DNA of 64,000 bases from Chrysomallon squamiferum (GCA_012295275.1 CM022679.1:7564001-7628000), one strand, 5' to 3'. Counted from the first letter of the stretch, positions 1 through 14,772 are shown. Notes: generated by a model not told the origin, from the letters alone. Made by a program: numbers and translations.

Positions 1-430
1 TATACCATAACTGTAGTTCACTATACTATACTACACCTATACCATACCATACTATTCTATACTATACTATACTATACTATACTGCACTGTACAATTATAT
101 AGCTATACTCTAATATACTATAGCTGTACTATACTGCACAATACTGTACTATACTGTACTAAACTGTACTATATTGTACTATACTGTATTAATCTGTACT
201 ATACTGTATTAATTTGTACTATACTGCACTGTACTGTACTATACTTTACTATATTATATTAAACTGGACTATACTGTATTATACTGTACTATACTGTATT
301 GTACTGTACTATACTGTATTATACTGTACTATACTGTATTGTACTGTACTATATTGTACGATACTGTATTAAGCTGTACTATACAGTACGATACTGTACG
401 TTATAGTAGTACACGTACTGTACCATGCTG
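1..430. repeat. Degenerate 5/10-bp tandem array (TATAC/TGTAC; atactgtact)
   Basis: Directly visible atactgtact/atactgtatt reiterations; may continue left of the window. Confidence 0.9.
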
Positions 431-1363
431 TACAACCTCTCAAACGTACCGAGCTCGAATCATGGTGCAATCCATCCAATAACTTATAATATTGGTAGAA
501 CATTTTCAGAACGTACATAATTGATCTAAAGATACAAAAATCCAAATTATCATCATCATCATCATCATCGTCGTCGTCGTCCTTATTCTTCTCCGCCTTT
601 TAACTCCGTTCTTTTTCTCTCTTTTTTTTGTTGTTATTATTATTATTAATTTGTTTTCACTTTTTTCTTTTCCGTTTCCTTAAATCTATTCATATTTTTT
701 TCTCTCTCTCTCTCTTTTACATTTATTTTTTATTTTTTTTTTTTTTTTTTATTAATCTGACTACTTTTTTTTTCACTTCCCTTCTAACTTGTTTTTAGTT
801 CAATAAACAATGCGTGACTGCAATAAATAACTCGTTTGGCAGGACTAAATTCGTCTCGGAAAGAAAAGAGTTCCGCCCAGCGAGCTCTCGTCTGTGTTTG
901 TTTTTATCGGAACATTACGGAAGATAACGAACAGGCCGAGATGGATTTCCTGCCTGTGTGTGACTGTTAAAAAGGTACAAACAGAACGCCGCAGGTAGTG
1001 ATTTTGTATCAGCGGTATGCGACGTTGTCTTCATCATCTCACTGCAACACAGCGAGACTGCGCAGCGTCCTTGTTTTTTTTTTTTCATTTCTTGTTTTTC
1101 CAGTGCGAGTTGAGGTTTAATTCATTACAAGAAAAATATTGTTTTGTTCTTAGAGCATCTGCTGCTTTATGATGTCTTCTTTGAAATTTTAAAGAGGTTG
1201 TAGGAAAGAAATATTCGTCAGTGTGTTTATAGTCAGATGCGATTGTGGGTTGTTGTTTTTCTGATTGTTAAAGATGTGTGGATTAAAAGAAATCAGAATG
1301 ATGGATGAACGTGTTAGACAACCGTTAGTTCTGTTCTGTCTCTGTGTGTCGTTCCGTAACTAT

Positions 1364-1366
<3 letters not shown>

Positions 1367-1416
<50 letters not shown>

Positions 1417-1470
1417 TCTCTTTCTCTCTCTATCTATATCTATATATATATATATATGTGTGAGAGAGAG

Positions 1471-1549
<79 letters not shown>
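1367..1549. repeat. Compound microsatellite (CT)n-(AT)n-(GA)n
   Basis: CT run 1367-1430, AT-rich centre, GA run 1496-1549. Confidence 0.95.
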
Positions 1550-1557
<8 letters not shown>

Positions 1558-2679
1558 AGAGAGATTTTATCATTCTTTATTTGTCCATAATTAATCTTTA
1601 TCATTCTTTCTCTGTCCGTGTATTTATATATGTTTGATCTGTATGTTGTGTTTGTGTATTTGTGTGTGTGTTTTGGGAACTTGTTTTATTAATCTGTGTT
1701 TCTTTCTTTATCTTTTTTTTCCCCTTAAGTCAGAGCTCTCTAACGATGTAAAGACATTAAGGTTATATACTAAATGACTGGCGTTATTAAGACTACTAAA
1801 TTTCAACATATATAACACATTATATGCCAAAAAAACAAACCTTATCACACTGCAGTTCCGATGATTTACGAAGTCATATAAATAACATTACATGTAAACA
1901 AAAACAAAAAAATTAAACTCTAGCTGTTTTATTTCTAAAATTTATGACGAAAAATTTAATGTCGTGTACAAGTCAAAAATAAATTACGCGAGTAATGATA
2001 AATAATTCTAAGAATAAACGAAGGACATTTTATACTTTCCAGTTTATAGTAGGCAAACCATAATATTTTATTTTTATTGGTAAATAAATTATTTGGCGTA
2101 GTTTTATTTCTCTGAACTATTTTCAGATATGGCTTCATACGTTGCAGTGTGTGTTTTGTTTCAAATGAAACTCTTTTCTTTATCTTCAAATTTAATGTAA
2201 TGATCAGTGTTAGTAATAGTGTTAGTTTAAACTGAGATTTTTTTACAATCTACTGACATATCAGCAAGAATTTGTCTTGTTTTATATTTTATTTATTCGA
2301 AAATTCTGCACTAACCTGTATCATATTTTTATACCGAACTGAACTGAACTACACCACACTACAATATTATACAACAAAAAAAATAGTTTTTTTTCTAAAG
2401 TTTATACAAAATTTTGATCTCTGACAAATAATTATCTATTAATGGGTCGTTCTATAAAACATAATGAAATGAATATTTTTATTAACAAATTTTTTTTTTT
2501 TTTTTTTTTTTATTCCTAGGATTGTAGGATGTTAGAATTGTAAGAGTTTTGTTTTTCATAACTGAACTTATTATATCAGTCTGACGGATTTACCGGTCAA
2601 CACATCGGTGTTAATATTGATATTTCTACATTAGTCAAATACATAATACAATTCTGACGTATTTTACTTAGATATTAGT

Positions 2680-2960
2680 GAAGCGTGTGTTAATATACCA
2701 CTCTATGCATTACTATACTGAGGTATACACCAGTGAAGTATGTATTAATAATGTAATGTGTATTAATACGCTAACGTAGTGTGTATTAATATATTAATAT
2801 AATATATATTAATATACTAATGTGTATTAATATATTAACATAGTATATATTCATATGCTAATATCGTATGTTTTAATATACTAATGTCATATATTAGAAT
2901 TATATGTATTAAGAGACTAATGCATATATTAAAATAACAAGGTAATATGTGTTAATATAT
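2680..2960. repeat. Degenerate ~22-bp AT-rich minisatellite (gtgtattaatatactaat...)
   Basis: gtgtattaatat-like motif recurs at about 2685, 2740, 2758, 2781, 2822 and 2868. Confidence 0.7.
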
Positions 2961-3259
2961 GATGTATGAGTATTCCGCGAATAATTGCTTTTCGTGGAAA
3001 TGAATCTGAGCCATTTTCTATAATCCACATTTTTAAATACCCAGTCACTATAATCCTCAAGTATTTTGCAAGATCATGAACAGTTTAGTCAAAATTCGAA
3101 ATTTATTTTTATTTCTATCCGTCATTGGCTAGATTTGTTAGATTTGGCCTTTGAAGTTGTTTATATTCACATCATCAAGATGTCAGCCGTGAACTGAGGG
3201 CACTGGTTCGCGAATGAATTAATCAGTCAATAAATCGATCAGTCAGAGTCATTCGATCA

Positions 3260-3420
3260 ATCACTCGAACATTGTTATAATGGTCACACGGTTCCATTTC
3301 ATATATCCGCGTTATGAAAGAGAAATATAGAAAACCAGCCCAACCTTTGACTATTTCTATTTGCATGGACTCTTTTGAATGTGCTTTCCACAGACACAGG
3401 AAAAGCCTTGTTTCATTAAA
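3260..3420 (-). mobile_element. Decayed SINE-like fragment
   Basis: Reverse complement contains cctgtgtctgtggaaagcacattcaaaagagtccatgc...ggctggttttct, a loose match to the core shared with the copies at 6277, 31145 and 57551. Confidence 0.35.
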
Positions 3421-3773
3421 CCGTTAAAAAAGAAAGAAAACTGTACCGCGGTTTCTAAAACATCTGATACGCACCTCTGGTTAAAGATAGAGCATTAACA
3501 AAAATTATTATCTGCAGATAGATTTATTTTTCCTGGACAAACAAAGATATTGTGTTGTAACAAGTGCTCACTACTTGAGTTAAATGCAAAGTTAATATCT
3601 GAAAAGTTCAGAACAGTCGGTATGTTTGTGCTGAATTATTTTTTAACTGTGGTGATATCTGTAGTTATTCAGGGAAGTCTGCATTCGGAGTCATTTCTTT
3701 ACCATTTGTGTTACACTGAATACTTTTAGGATTAGAGTTTTAAAATTAACTAACTGTGGGTGGGCCAGTCCTG

Positions 3774-3775
<2 letters not shown>

Positions 3776-3838
<63 letters not shown>

Positions 3839-4025
3839 TGTGTGTGTGTGTGTGTGTGTGTAGGATATGTATATGTATATATGTTTGTGTGTGTGTATAT
3901 GTGTGTGTGTATATCTATGTGTATATATAAAATTATGTATATATTTATATGATATATATATGTGATATGTGATGTAGATATGTAGATATAGATGTGTGTG
4001 TGATAGATATATATATACATATGTA
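3776..4025. repeat. (GT)n / (AT)n microsatellite
   Basis: Pure GT run 3776-3861 grading into GT/AT mix. Confidence 0.95.
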
Positions 4026-5207
4026 ATCTGTAACTTTCGTCACTTAAATTCATTACGTACTGCTCACCCAGGTTTCGATTCCTACAAAAGAGCTAAGGGC
4101 GAGTGTCACAAACACCTGTGTGCTGCAAGGAAAACAATGGAAATCTCTTTAATTGGAGATAACACATCGCAGCGCGGAGTGCAATGAAAACAGCTGAGGT
4201 TAACAGCACCACTTTGGAAACGTTCTGTTTTCATTGCCTAAGCGATTTATTTTTACAGCACAATTGTGACGGAGAACGATCCCTGAAAGCGTCGTTTGAA
4301 AACGTACGCGTGAATCTGTCAGGCTGTAAAGAAATAAGTAATTTTGTTTCTAAGATGTTTCAGAGAGTTCGTTAAGTTAGTATGAAATGTGAATTTAAAA
4401 AAAAAAAATAATAATAAAATGTTGGTGTCTGAAAAACGAGAAAGTGGATTAAACGAGACTGATGAAGATAAATGTTTATAATGAAAAAAAAAAATGTCGT
4501 TTACAGGTTTTGTCATTTTATGAATTATACTTGTTTTTATTTTATTTTTTATTTTTAGTTTGATTATTTTTTTTTATCTTAATTCTTAAAGCTTACAGTT
4601 AAATAGGAATTACATCAACAGATTTTCAGTACAGTTTTGATTGATGAAACATTCAGAAACTATTGAATTCTTTTTTTTTTTTTTTTTTTTTCCTTTGGTC
4701 TACGTATATGAAATTATTCTTCCTCTTCCTGCTTGTTACAGTAAAACCTCATTTAAAACTCTTAGCCTAGATCTGGTTATGTTTAGTGTGTGCGCGTGTG
4801 TCCGTGTTCAGAGGGGGCAAATCTTGATTTTTATATTACATCTGATCTAATAAAAAAAATCTAATAAAATCTGATTTAGTGTCTTTCATTATTTGATAAT
4901 AACTAACTAAATAACTGTTTATTTTACTTAGAATTATCCATTACTACGTGCCACACTCTCTCAGATTTCAACAAACAAATAGAACGAAAAACGTCAAAAT
5001 ATTAGTCACCATATAATTTGTAGACTACAAAAACAGTAATTTGAATCGAGCCAGGTGATTTCCTAATTGTTACCTAAATAAAACAGAAAATAAAAAGTTT
5101 CATTATTTTCAGTACTATCTTTATCTATCGTTGTCAGTTTATTGTAATATTGTAATATTATGTAAAGCCGATACTATAGTAATTTTGTTAGCTATTTTAT
5201 TTGGGGT

Positions 5208-5241
<34 letters not shown>

Positions 5242-5867
5242 GATAACATTTACTGTTTTATTTATTTTCTTCTTTACCTATTTCTTATATGAATTTAACA
5301 ACGAAATCCAGTCAGATAATATATAACAAAAATCAATTTGATACTTTATATTAGAAAATATATTTTTCGTGCTTAGATTTTCAAAAATAACATATACATG
5401 TCAAAATTTGTATTCCAGGAATACAAATATTAATTAATAAATGTAACAGTATATATTTTAATTAAATTATATATATATATAATTCGAAAGTAAGTCATCA
5501 TTAAAATATAACTGTCTCTCCGTCTATTACTCTTTATAATAACAAATGTGAAAAAAACAAAATAATAATAATAATAATAACGTAAGAACGAAACAAAATT
5601 ATCTTCTTTATTACGTTATTAAAATCAGAGACTCATGTGTTGACATTTTTGCCGTAAAGAAAAAGCCCACGAGTGACTCGGTTACTTCGTGGTCAACGTA
5701 TTCCCATCATGCATTAGTACTTCCTGTTTGTTTGCTGGAGGTAGCGGACTCGTCTCGTAACAACTGATTTGTAGTTTTTACCAAGAAGCAGGTGTCTTCG
5801 TTAACTAATCACTTCATGGCAGACATTTTAATAATGAGTATTTCAGAATATTTGTACAAAACCATTA

Positions 5868-5901
<34 letters not shown>

Positions 5902-5994
5902 ATGTAGGTGTGATAAATATCTCCATTAAGACCCACGAATAAAATTATATTTAGATGTACGTTGTTAATTAAGTTGTAAATTAAACAATGCTTT

Positions 5995-6225
5995 GTGTGC
6001 GGTTGTGAGTGTGTGTCTCTCTACCTGTGTCTGTGTCTGCGTCTGTTTCGGTGTGGGGGGTGGTGTGTGTGTTGTGTGTGTGTGTGTGTGTGTGTGTTTA
6101 TATATACTGGGTCTGTGTATACACTTTGTGTGTGTTTGTTTCTGTATCTATGTCTGTGTCTATGTCTGTGTGCCAGTGTGTGGGTGTGGGTGTGGTGTGG
6201 GTGTGGGTGGATGTGGATGTTGGTG
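5995..6225. repeat. Degenerate GT-rich microsatellite
   Basis: gtgt/gtct/gtgg reiterations; source of several spurious ORFs. Confidence 0.9.
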
Positions 6226-6276
6226 ATGATAAAGGAGACAGGCAGTCACTTTTCACAACTCCACAACTACAAGTAT

Positions 6277-6463
6277 AGATTAGCAGCAAAAGAGTATTTA
6301 TGTTCACCTTCCCATAGGCAGGTAAGCATTTAACATGTTATTTTATAAACCAGCCGTGAGTCAGTGTTGGAACTGGAAATAACTGACTTTGTTCACGGAG
6401 GATAACTGATCACGAAGTTCATTATACTGCAAGCCAGAGCCTTAACCACTAACTTATACCAAG
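6277..6463 (-). mobile_element. Decayed tRNA-derived SINE-like element (head plus core)
   Basis: Reverse complement has an A-box-like head (agttagtggttaaggc), then gttatttccagttccaacactg...cctgcctatgggaaggtgaacataaatactcttttgctgctaatc, which recurs at 31191 and 57613. Confidence 0.55.
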
Positions 6464-7149
6464 TTATGTTCAGTGTCTGTGTTTTTAGATATTCACTGGC
6501 AGTTAGCTTGCTTTCCTATCATGTTCAGCCATCAGATAAAAAGAGAACTGTTTTTTTTTTTTTGTTTTTTTTTTTTTTGGTCGTACACAGTATTATACAT
6601 CTTTTCTTCTTTTTTTTCTCAGTAATAATAACGTTACATTTGTATGGTGTGTATGTGTAAATATGTATATAGGTGTTTGTTTGAACATGTCTACGTTCAC
6701 ATGTCTCTAGGTAAATGTGTAGGTGTGTATGTATATTTGTCTGAAAGTTTGGTATATTATGTATGTATATATATATATATATCTGTATGTATGTATGTAT
6801 GTGTATGCGTATGTGTACATATGTGTATGATAGCAGGATGGATGGAAAGAGGCATGGATGGAAGGATGGAGAAAGGGAGGAAAGAAAAGAAGAATGTTCT
6901 GTTATATTGTTCACTTAATCATGTTCTGGAGGATGTTTGCTTCGTTTCCGTTCATTACCAGACACTTAGTAACCCGAGAATGAAGACAGCAAACGTTTTT
7001 ACACAGATTGTTTTTAACCAGGAAGTGTTTAGTGAAAATATGTCACGTCCATTAGAACGAGAATGCTATACCTTCATTTTAAACCATTTGTAAATGTCTT
7101 CACATTTTTTGTTTTCGTGGTTAAGAATTCCCCTGATAGTTAACATAAC

Positions 7150-7315
7150 TGAACGATATTATTAAGTGTTCGGCTTTTTACAGCTCTGTACTGTCGTAAG
7201 ATTAGTTCTCCTTTGCACGTCTTTCGGATTTATTCCGTTCCAGCCAGTGCGCCGTGTCTGGTTTGTTAAGGAGTCTGTTTGTAGTGTTTCGAGTATGAAG
7301 GTCATTTAAAAGATA
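7150..7315 (+). mobile_element. Decayed SINE-like fragment
   Basis: tattccgttccagccagtgc...ctggtttg...tgaaggtcatttaaaagat matches the same family core (compare tttcccgttctag at 33751). Confidence 0.45.
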
Positions 7316-8454
7316 GCAATGTACTATGTGTACGTTTGTGTATGTGTGTGTGTGATGCATAAACTTCAGTTTATTCATTGCTGTATGTCATAGACAAAAC
7401 AGCAAAACAATCTCAGACGTCTTATCGACTATGAAGCGGTAATGAACTGAACCAGAGTCTCATTTCTCGTTCCTTCAGAGCTTCTGACTGATCTAACAAA
7501 TAAACAACAAACTGCTCTGTGTGTTGTACTGGCTGCGGGAAGATACGTAACAGATTCCTTCTTTCATGTTTTATATCCATATGTATAAAACATGTCTGTG
7601 TATATGTATGTATGTGTGTGTATGTGTGTCTGTGTGAGTGTATGCGTGTGTCTCATCTTCAAGAAACTTATTTAATTATTTTTTAAATATTCACTTACTC
7701 TGACAGATCTCAGATTGCTTACCAGTTCTGAGTTTAACGCAGAGATAATTGGAAGATGTGTTATGGTGCAATACCAACAATCGCCTTTAACATTCCTCTA
7801 ATTAAACCACACCAATATGTGTTGTCTTGTGCAGTCAACCAAGTCTTTCGTTAACAATTTCGTTAACATTCGAATTTTAAAAAATAAAACAATCTGATAA
7901 AAGAGGCTGTAGCTATGAAGTACAACAGTTTTAATATCAACAGAAAGAAGAAGATAAAAAATGAATATAATAGCTGGCAAACTGTGGAACCGCGGTGTTT
8001 TAAGGTCGCACGTTCAAGCAGTGAACCAAAGACTATTAACGGCTGGCTCTGACACGCTTGTTAATCTTTTTCTTCGAAAACGTAACCTGTAAGCATCTTG
8101 TGTTTAACCATAATCTGCGTGTGATAAGAAAAACTCGTGCAGTAAAACATGTGCAGCAACCTAGGTGTTACGAAACAAGCGGAATCAGCAGGATTAATAA
8201 ACAGATGAAAGAGTGTTGTTAGAAAATGTTATCTATCGCACGTGCCTCTCCAGCCCCCCCCACCACCACCACCACCTCCCTCCTCCGCCTCCAACTCCAC
8301 TAATTCTTCAGCTAGCTGAGGAATTTGTTTAACGACTGGAGATAAAGGTTTTATGTACTGCGAGAAAAGCGTTTGGAATTAAAGCCTAAAGTGCCGAGAT
8401 TACTTTAAGAATGAAATTGAGGGTTTCGTGTTATTTACGTATTTACTAACAGCC

Positions 8455-9005
8455 GTAGTGTTGGTAGGGTTGTAGTTGTCGTAATAGTTGAAGTGGAGTC
8501 AAGGGTAATGGTTATAAAAAGAAAGAGAAGCAGCTGTGGTTGTAGAAATGGTAGTAGTGTTAGTAGTAGGATTATTTGTAGTTACAGTGTTAGTAGCAAT
8601 ACTAGGTCTAATAATGGTATTAGTAAAAATAATATTAAGGATGGCAATGACAAGACAGTGATAATAATGGGAGAAGCAATAATGTTAATGTGATAAAACT
8701 GACAGTATTAGTAATAACAGTAGTAGTTGTAGCGGCAGTAATGCTAATAGCAGTAGAACTTGTAGTAGTGGTGGTTGTTGTAGTGGTATTAACTGTAGTA
8801 GCAGTAGTAGTAGTAATAATGATGGTTGTGGTGGAGTTTGTAATTATAATAGTAACAGCAATCAGCAGCAGCATTAGTAGTAGTAGTGATGGTGATGATA
8901 ATAATGATAGTAGTAGCAGTTGTCCTAGTTGTAGTAATATCAGTAGTAGTAGCAGCAGCAGAAGCATTAGTTGTAGCAGTGAAAGTATGGCAATAACTAT
9001 GGTAA
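8455..9005. repeat. Cryptic trinucleotide low-complexity region (AGT/AAT/AGC)
   Basis: Mixed gta/ata/gca triplets. Similar patches at 33195-33350, 40140-40205, 53040-53270 and 59625-59768. Confidence 0.85.
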
Positions 9006-9479
9006 TGTTTTTTGTGTTTTCTAGTTGTTTGCTTGTCAAACATAAAATTAAATTATTTATTTGGGTTATTCAGAGAGATCAGGTGCCGATCATTGACTTT
9101 TTACTTACAATGCATTATTTAGCCTACTTAAAACATTTTTACAACTTTCAAAGAATCTGATTCTCAGGAACCAGTTTTCTATTTCTTTTCTTATATCCAT
9201 AAAAAAATAAAAAATAAAAAAATAAAATAAAATCACCAAACGATTTAATAGCGTCTTCGTTTTATCCAGTATTAGGGACAGCACTTTAAACATTTACTTT
9301 TTTTCATAAAGTTTATTAACAGCTCATGATGACAGTCATAAAACGTCAGTAAAACTCTAAACGGAAAACAACCTAAAACAACCTTAATTACATTGGTAAT
9401 GAATCACATATTAAAGTCAAAGGCCTTTTTCCCTTTTTTTTTTTTTATCTGTTAAAATAAATCATTATTGATGAAATTG

Positions 9480-9790
9480 CTGATTCCAATGAGGCCATCT
9501 GTGGCCGCAGCTTCTCGCTACTCATTCCTGTCACAACTGCGCTGATTGCTGCAGAGGTCCGCCACGCAAGGCGGTTCCAGCGAGTTCAACGCGTCGTTCT
9601 TCCGAGTTAATGACTGCCGCTACTCCAAGTCCAGCGCGTAATCACAGACCGTGTCAGTGTGTGTGCAGGTGACGCGAAAAAATTATCTCGCTGTCTGAGA
9701 TGCACGTGATTTGTATGCTTGCATCATAAATCGTCGATATCAATTTTTCAGTCTTTTTTTTTTTTTTTTTTTTTACCTCGATGCGGTCGT
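9480..9790 (+). promoter_or_regulatory. CpG/GC-enriched patch; candidate promoter or first non-coding exon of gene A
   Basis: Markedly GC/CpG-richer than its flanks; CCAAT at 9486-9490, near-palindromic ggccatctgtggcc (E-box CATCTG), possible donor cag|gtgacg near 9668. No transcript evidence. Confidence 0.3.
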
Positions 9791-10070
9791 TTAAAGTTGT
9801 GAAATTTAGTCGGGGTTTGTGTCTGCGTTGATGGTTTTGAAAATCTTAAAGTTTTTTTGGTTGGTAATGTTTTGAGCTTTGTCAGGAAGGTCGATCAACC
9901 GTTGTCAGAGTTAAATTTGTTTAATTTGATAGTTTTTTAAATTTTAATCTTAGTTGGGTGGACGGTGTGTTGAATCTACGTCAATTTTGTTGTTATACTT
10001 TATGGTTTTACTTTATTTTAAAACTATGTTTTGAAATGTATTGAAAGTTTAATGTTATTGTTCAGTAAGG

Positions 10071-10141
<71 letters not shown>

Positions 10142-10569
10142 GTATATAGATATGTTACTTAATAATGATGTTTTGACACTGTATTATGATTATCGACACA
10201 GTTTCGAAATAATCTTAACACGCGATCTGAAACACACCAGTATATAGTGCATAGATAAAGATGATTCTGAAGTGGATGCCAAAACAGTGTTAAGTTCAGT
10301 ATATTTTGTCAGTGGCCTACTTCTTGCTCAGGCCAGTTTGGCAGTGATACGTGCTTTCATGCCTTTGGCAACATTCATATGAAAAATACGTTACTACCAA
10401 TCATTAATAATTGGTCATGGAGAGGCTGGGTGGCTTTTCTGTCGCGTCCAGACTATACAAACTTTCATATGTTTAATTAATAACAGTCGTTAAAACTAAA
10501 GTGTGTTCAGATGTCGGTAAACCAACAGTCATTGGTAGAAATATCTTAAAAAACAGATGTATCTGTTTT

Positions 10570-10898
10570 CCCTTGTTCAAATTTTATAACACAATTGTCT
10601 AGTTGTCTAGTACCCACGGAATTGTGGTCTGTCTATATTCCCGTGTTCTGATTTTATAACACTGTCTAGTTGTATAGTAACCAGGAATTGTGCATGGTTT
10701 ATATAGGCCTACCCCTTATTCTAATTTTATAACATTGTTCAGTTATATAACCAGGAATAACGTAATCGAGCACAGTCTGTGTTCCCGTGTTCTAATTTTA
10801 TATAACACTGTTCAGCTGTACAGTAACCAGGAACTTTGCACGGTTTATATATCCCTTGACCTAATTTTATAGCATTTGTTCATTTGTATAGTAACCAC
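10570..10898. repeat. ~70-bp minisatellite, 5 copies
   Basis: attttataacactgt(c/t)...agttgtatagtaaccaggaa recurs at about 10581, 10651, 10724, 10795 and 10864. Confidence 0.85.
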
Positions 10899-12602
10899 TT
10901 ATAACAGAATCACGCGCACTAATTTGCCGAGAAGACTGATTTAACATCAAAGACTGTCAGAGGTGTTTAACACGGAAAAGTCGACCTGACAAGACGAAGT
11001 GCTATAAGAACTGTGTTTCAGATACGTTACGTCGCTCGTTCCAGTAATGGTTACAAGTGAGAAACTGCGAGTGTGTCATCTTGTTCGGGTAATCGGCTCC
11101 TGTGGGACGGAGGGAGAAGATTGGCTTGAAGACCTGAATAACAATTTTAAAACACTGAAGTCCAAAGAAATGCGAGACGTAACGGTTTTAGGTCATTGTC
11201 CGTTAGGTCGCTGTGTCTTTGAAATAAATACAAATGGTAACGGAAAGAATTAATCAGAAATTTGTGACGGCTGTAATTTTCTTTTATCCGCATAAAATTC
11301 TCCTCTTATGTGTCGTATTTGAAAACTAACAGACACAAATTAAATGCAAGAGATTGAAAAAAAATAAATAATAAAGCCTTCTTTTATCTGTATTTGTTCA
11401 GTCAGTTCGAATAAAGAAAATATTGTTTTTTCTTTCCTTCTGTTTATCAGAGTCTTTGGGGATTTCTGCAGATTAAACAATGGAGAGAAATGTCAGCGTT
11501 CATCAAAGTATCTATTTGTGTGATGTTTAGTGACACCTAAATTTAAATACATTTTCTATTCTTCTTTATATACATAAACTTATAACTTTGTGAAATACAT
11601 TTCTTTTCATTATCGCAGTCATGAATGATAATTACTCTAAAAAGAAAATAATGATGATGATGATGATTTTAATTCAATATCTGCTATTTCAGAACTGGTC
11701 ATCTACAACAGTATTAAATAAATATGATATTGTTCCTTGTCGCCTCCTCAAGAATATTTTACATAATTATAAATTTCCTTCATTTCAGAAAAATCTGACC
11801 TGTTCGCACGAGACCTTTAATGCCACACTACCTAATCAGACGTAAATCTCATTTAGAACTTCCAAATATACTCGTTTACAATATTATGCCTGACTGTCCT
11901 TAATTTAGCCCCTAAACTTTATCGATGACCATAATGAATTCAATCTTTTGATCTCGTTCGTTATATTAACCAAAAGACGTAACCAAAATTTTTAATAAGT
12001 TGTCCAGAAAAGAAAAATAAATAATAATCATGTCAATACGTTCCAGCGTCTTGAAGGCCGAGTGGAAATTTCAGAAGAGTTTCAGAGAACCAGTGTTACA
12101 TTTATGGGGGAAATGATACCAGATGTAAAATATAAAACCTAATAAATCACTGTTTATTGCGTGACCGTTGATTACATGTCTTCGACTTGTCGCCAGAAGA
12201 TGAGCAGATTAGACAGACTAAAGCTGTTGTTACGTAGATACCAAACTTCATCACCGTCTCGGAGCAAACAGCCGTGTAAAGCGTCTATTTTTAAACACCA
12301 GTAGTATTCCTTGTCACATCGCCCTTCAACCAATCATCGCGCGCTTTGCTTTTAAAAGCAAATCATTATGGCTGCTAGCTGGTATCGAAATGTTGATGTT
12401 TATTTTATATTGTTTGTGATTTTTTTCTTAAAATAATAATAATAATAGTGATAATGGTGTGAAATTGAACTTGAATGTTTGCGGAATTTTGTTTTCTGTT
12501 GCTTCATATATTTTCATTATGTATGTGTTATAGATGTCGTTGTCGTCATTTTTATCTCTCTCTCTTTCTCTCTCTCTTTGTCTGTATATATATATATATA
12601 TA

Positions 12603-12634
<32 letters not shown>

Positions 12635-14772
12635 CATACACAGAAAAAGAGAGTTAAACAGAGACAGAGAGGAAGAGAGAGAGAATACAATAGTCCAGTT
12701 TAGTCTAAACAGGACAGAGCAAACAAAATTACTTCTAAATTTTATTCTGACAAGCAGCTAGTCTATGTGGATTCCATCACAGAAACTGCTATTTCAATTC
12801 TTTAACTCTATTTCTAACACTGGTTAATATATATTTTCCGGAACTCTTGATTTTCTCTATGAATTTGTTGTTATGTCGGTGTTTCGTGTTTTCACATTTT
12901 AACAAATAGAGTATTTAGTCACAAAACAAATGCAGTTCACGATTACAATAATTTGGTTCCATACAGTAACGTTGTTTAATTAAAAAATACTTTTCATATC
13001 AAGAGTTCATACAAGTCGAGTGATTATTATGATTTTAGAGACATGCAATAATCTTACAGTACTTTTTAAACTTTTTTGTTTAGTATAAATGTTTTAGATA
13101 AAAAACCCGTTTTTTGTTTGTTTTTTTCACTTCAATTAGTTTGATCTTTATTTCAGTAATTACCGATCTAATATTAACAACAGCATCACGGGTACGGCTT
13201 CGTTGTGACGTTGTTTGGCAAGAATAAAATAAAGTCACACGTCTAGACTTTGGGATCATTCACCTCAGACTAAAAGACAAATCGCAATTTTTAACAACGC
13301 TAATTTTTCCTGAGTTTCGCCCGATTTCATGTTTGTAGAACGATGCCTGATATCTAACATTTCAAAAAAAAAACCCAACAAAAACAACAAATACAAAGAA
13401 TACTTTGACAACTTGTATCCCTGTTTTCTTCAATTACAGCTGCATCTTGTCTCTGACTTTGCTGAACATGTTTTTTTTTTGTTGTTGTTGTTTTATTTTC
13501 TTTGTGTTTTTAACATTTCTTCACTCCATGGGAATTAATGATGTTATAAAGTTTAAAACGGATTAGTTGTTTGTTTTAAAGTTATAAGCATATTTTCTTC
13601 AAGACTGATCTTTTTTTTTTTTCTTCTGAGAATGCATGCAATGGCGACCTTTTGGTTGAGTTTACCATATTTCTCCTTTCAGCTTCCACTGAACTTAATG
13701 TCAGAATTTTTAAAAACAGAGCAGATGAAATCTTGCATCTATTCAGACTCGAACTCACAGCTGAAAAGAACATAAATTTCCCATTCTACTACACGAAACA
13801 CATTTTAATCAAACTCCTACTTTTAATTTTTTATTATTAAACTCCAACTTCTGTTCTTTATTATGAGCAGATCTGTTGCCAAGACCTGAGTGAAAAAAAA
13901 CCCAGTGAAATTTGTTTTTAAACAGATTGCTTCTTAAATGAACTGAGAGTTGTGGGTTAAAACGAAACCCAGCTGATTTTTGTTCTTGTTTTACCTTAGT
14001 GATCTAACGTGACATAAACTGCTTTGCTTTTTTCTACTTAATATTTCCAATGAAACTCTACCACGGTCCGCTCCTACCGTTCAAAGTCGCTGACTAAGAT
14101 GCAGTGTGGTGATTGTCGAAGACATCGTTTGCTGTATTACGTGGAACATGATTAATTTCGTGAAAAACGAAAATTGATTTGGATGGCACTTCCAGGATCC
14201 GGTCATGTCGATTTAACATAGTTATACGTACATCGTGTTCTCAGCCGAAAAGAAAAATCTATAATGCATTTATCGCTAATTTGATATAGTTAACTTCCAG
14301 TTTCTTATAAACGTTGGAGACAGAACAGTAACGTGATCTCTTTTGCAATATTCGGATTGGCTTTGGTCAGACTCGTAAAGAGCTTTCGGATATCTTGGCA
14401 TGAAGGGACTAACAAAAAAAAAAAAAAAAATTTACAAAACGAAAATAATAAAGATTGCTTTGCGTTTTACCCTAAAAATTACTTAAAACGTAGTCAAATG
14501 GTTGCTGCTGCAGCTGAATCTCTAACATTTCTGTGAAAAGTGAATTTTTGTGTCCTGCATTTAGAACAAGCTTGTAAGAGGTGTTAATTTGGATTGTCGA
14601 GCGTCTGCTGGTGAATCCCAACAAGGAAACTGCCAGTGGTGTTGTTCTGACAACTCAGAGATGAAGTTCTCGTGTTTACACTCACATTGTCTCGACTCCA
14701 TTCTATTTTAGTTAGCTTTCTCTGAATTGACGTTTTATTTCTGTACTGAACCCTGATATAGACACACACACG

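Noticed and set aside
8635-9160. 134-156 aa ORFs with hydrophobic runs resembling signal or TM segments
   Set aside because: Pure products of trinucleotide low-complexity sequence.
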